Assembly: GCF_006345805.1 (NCBI RefSeq)
Contig: NW_021829832.1
Coordinates: 744,001 to 808,000 of the forward strand
Reading direction: 5' to 3'
Origin: Octopus sinensis
Taxonomy: Eukaryota
DNA: 64,000 bases
The notes under the pieces are model-generated. The model worked only from the letters and a program-made list of their open reading frames with translations, did no database searches and was not told the DNA's origin. The position numbers and the translations under genes were made by a program. Shown piece after piece: positions 60,739-64,000 of this stretch (within the stretch, counting starts at the first letter, position 1; each line of letters starts with the position of its first letter).

Positions 60739-61299
60739 ATTATGTAAATTTTAATTATTATCTTCGATTAATTCCAATAATTCGTTTAATAAAGCTTTCA
60801 TCCAATAAAGAAAGTGAAAGTAAATTTTGAGCGCAACGCTCTCTTTATTTCTTTTGAGGGACTGTGATTATCGGGTTTTAGTACTGGTCTTTTTATGGGC
60901 TTCCTATTAAAACAATAAGACGTGGCCTTCCTTGTTTAGATCCTCACATCCAGAACCGAAATCCAGAGTTCATTTCACGGAAAGTGTCAAAGTCGGTATG
61001 GTTTTGATTTTAAGATTTTATTTTGTGAAACTTATCGGATCTAACCGCAGAATCAAATGTACTTGGAATAAATTCTCTTTTTATTTTAATTTAAAATATA
61101 ATCACATGTCTGAATGTCATAAATTTCTAATATCGATCATAAAAGAATTAATCGAAATGAGTAATCGTCTATAGTTCCCGTGTATCTCGTTTCTCCAATA
61201 TTATATTTTATTTTAAAAAGTCAACACGTTTGGATTTAAGTCTGGAGACGAAAATATTCAGAATTTTTGAAGTTTTAGCTTCTCAAAAAAATGAGACTG

Positions 61300-62300
61300 T
61301 TGTTCATTAGCAAAGGAATAATCCTAGGAATGGGTTATAATTAAAAATATTGCGCATTATGAAAAGTGAAAGTGGCCATTTGGTTGATAATTTTCAACAA
61401 ATTCTTAAAGAAGATATTCAATGGAATTGTTTAAAATTAGCGTTCTGACGATTCTTAAAAACACATTTTTTGTCTTAGGAGAGTTTCCTCAATAAAATTT
61501 AAATGTTTGATTAATAAATATTTTTCTGTTAAAAACAAAATTATTTTAAAACTGGTAGGAAAAAAGATCGATCAATCCAAATATAATCATCAAGCGTTTT
61601 AAACATTAATAAAATAAATTGATTTATGTTAACAAGCCAGAAACGTCAACTTGAAAAATAGCTTATCAAAACAATTTTCAAAAATATGAAAAATCAAAGA
61701 CTAGATAAGTAAAACCAAAAAATCAAAGTCAAAAATAAAAACCAGAGGCAAGGTCAGAAAATAAAACCAAAGACAAGGTCAAAAATAGGTATCCGTGTCA
61801 TTGGACGAGTTTTCAAATCTGGTGCTTCTGGAATTGATGCTTCTGGATAACCTTAGATAATCAAAAATAAAATAGAAAACTCTTCCATTTTCGGTAAAAT
61901 AGGATTGCATATTTCTCCTACTCGATGCCACTCACCAAGAGGACACTTATAAATATCACATGAGTTAATCGTATCGTAATTGAAGGGCAAAACCTGAAAT
62001 TGAGCAGGAATAAAACCTACCATTTTAAACTGGCAATCGCGATATGCGTAGATAAGCTAGCTTATATTGTGATAATTGATTTTATCAACGCAAAATTACC
62101 GGTTTTATAGAATTCTTTTTATCTATTACAGTGAAGATTTGTAGGACTGTCATTATTCCAATCAAAATCTGTTTTTTGTTTCGAGAAGGATACTTTCCTC
62201 AATCGTAGGAGTATTCTTATCATTTTTTATTGACAAAGAACTACATCAGTACAAGTGGGTGAAAATCGATTGATATCTTATCAGGAAATATATTTAAAGT
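61300..62300 (-). mobile_element. Possible degenerate MULE-like transposase
   Basis: FKMVGFIPAQFQ..CNPILPKMEEFSILF weakly recalls the MULE core; many stops. Confidence 0.35.
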
Positions 62301-62827
62301 GAGCCCAAAGAATTTATTCCACAGATTATTTTGCATTTAATTATTTGAACGCTCACGAGATAGTTCAAAACTACTTTTTAAGAAACTAGTATTAGTCCTA
62401 AAATAATTTATTAATGTTAATTGATCTTACTCATTTGTTTTCTTGTAAAAAGACATGTTCAGTTATAATCAGTTATTATTGACTTAGTTATTATTATTCT
62501 CAAGATTAAATTCTCTTTGTTAGTAATTTTCAATATTCTATTCGACAACGTCAATAAATAGAAGTAGTGGGAAGTTGGAATTTTCTCATGAAATGATGTG
62601 ATAGATTTCACTATTTTTTCAATTTGCTATCTTCCAAATATTTTTTACAGAATAGTTTGGGAATCAATAAAAAATATGGTTTTTTGGGATTAAAACCAAG
62701 TCCTTGAGAAACAAGTTAGTTTCTCAAATATTTTTAAAAAATTTAACATTTACTTTAATACAAAACTGGATCTTTAAAATAAGTAACTTAAATGTAAAGT
62801 CCTCACTGAAATTGGAAGGAGAATTTT

Positions 62828-62925
62828 CAGCGAATCTCGGTCGCCGTGGTCCGCGGAAACTGCCATTCAATACGCAGTGCGGCGTCGTTGACCTGACCCT
62901 TAGGCTCTTGACTCGATTTTAAAAA
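62828..62925 (+). mobile_element. CRE 3' tail (subfamily of 40033/18250)
   Basis: FQRISVAVVRGNCHSIRSAASLT* with similar 3' UTR. Confidence 0.8.
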
Positions 62926-63451
62926 GTTTATGTTTAAGTACTTTAAGATAGAAATACTGACATTACCAGATCTAGTGGTTAGCTAATCAGTGGGAACAAT
63001 AGTCCACAATCTTGAACATGATATAGAATTTGTTTTACGAAAATTAATTACATTTTGCTTTTAACTTGGAATCATGAAAGCTAAAAAACCATAAACCACA
63101 CAGTTTAGTGGATCGTGACAAATAGTGCTGTTGAATAAGAGTAAATACGACACTGTATGAGTAATGACAAATCATAGGTGAAAGATGTTCTAACCAGAGC
63201 AATCAATGGCAATTAAGAAAATATAGAGAGTATGATAGTCGGGTTAAGTACTACACCAAATAATCTGATTGCAAAAAATTAACTAAGACCGTCAATTGAT
63301 CTGCTAAAAATTCATCTTCAATTGATGTATAGGAGTGACAGACAAATCAACAGTAAGATGCCCCAAAATAACAGTTCTTATTAATCAAATATAGTTAACA
63401 ATTTTTATTAAACAAAAATGTAATAAATTAAAATAGTACTGACTAAAGCAA

Positions 63452-64000
63452 ATGTACAACAGCATTCCACTAATATGCACTGATAAATATCAGATAAACA
63501 TGATTTACAGTGCCTGGAAGAACGGCCAGCACAGGACAGAGGCAGTGTTTGAGCTTTACTACCGGAATAACCCATTTAACTCAGGGTATGCAATCTTTGC
63601 TGGTCTCGAGCGATGCCTCAAGTTGATCGATGAGTTCAAATTCACAGAAGGAGGTAGCCTTGTGGCCACATTGCAGAAATTGAGTATATTCGGAAAGTCG
63701 TACTCCCAACGACAGTCGAGGAGGACTTTTTCGAATACCTCAGATCGTTCAACTGCAGAGAGGGAGTGGATATTTGGGCGGCGGAGGAGGGGTCGGTGGT
63801 GTTTCCGTACCTCCCCCTCATTACAGTGCGGGCTCCTTACTGCGTGGGGCAGTTGATGGAGTCAGTCCTTCTCAACAGTGTGGACTATCCCAGGTAAACT
63901 GCCTTGTTTGATCAGTCTCGTTGCCACCAATGCTTCTCGATATAGACTTTTAATTGGCCCACACAAGTCACTGGCAGAATTCGGACTGAGACGAGCCCCA
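63452..64000 (+). CDS. NAPRT: Nicotinate phosphoribosyltransferase, 5' part
   Basis: TDKYQINM..AVFELYYRNNPF..IFAGLE..AEEGSVVFP..LVATNASR..EFGLRRA; runs off window. Confidence 0.92.

Overview
AT-rich eukaryotic nuclear DNA, not prokaryotic. About 20 recognisable compact genes (NT5C2, IDH3B, POR, TIMM23, DNAJA3, SLC25A3, NDUFAF7, AP2A, BTG, ARL1, MNS1, ZGPAT, SCaMC carrier, NAPRT and others) are mostly broken by ultra-short introns of about 22-30 nt. Animal-like sequences, motile-cilium genes and this intron size fit a dicyemid-like reduced animal best (inference, not confirmed). There are three Pol III genes: 5S rRNA, tRNA-Sec and tRNA-Arg(UCU). The intergenic space is full of decayed mobile elements, including about 13 pieces of CRE-clade non-LTR retrotransposons plus APE-type LINEs and Ginger-like, pogo, Merlin, Tc1 and hAT elements, often nested. 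Main points of interest: (1) an intact-looking 5S gene inside a 278-bp cassette flanked by a 14-bp duplication and inserted into a CRE reverse-transcriptase relic; (2) a CRE copy with a twin-priming-type 5' inversion; (3) CRE copies just downstream of both tRNA genes and a shared A-tract/TTAT context at CRE 3' junctions; (4) a CRE tail inside an exon of a TFIIIC-subunit gene. All family assignments come from motif recognition by eye. No database search was run, and gene ends are approximate where stated.
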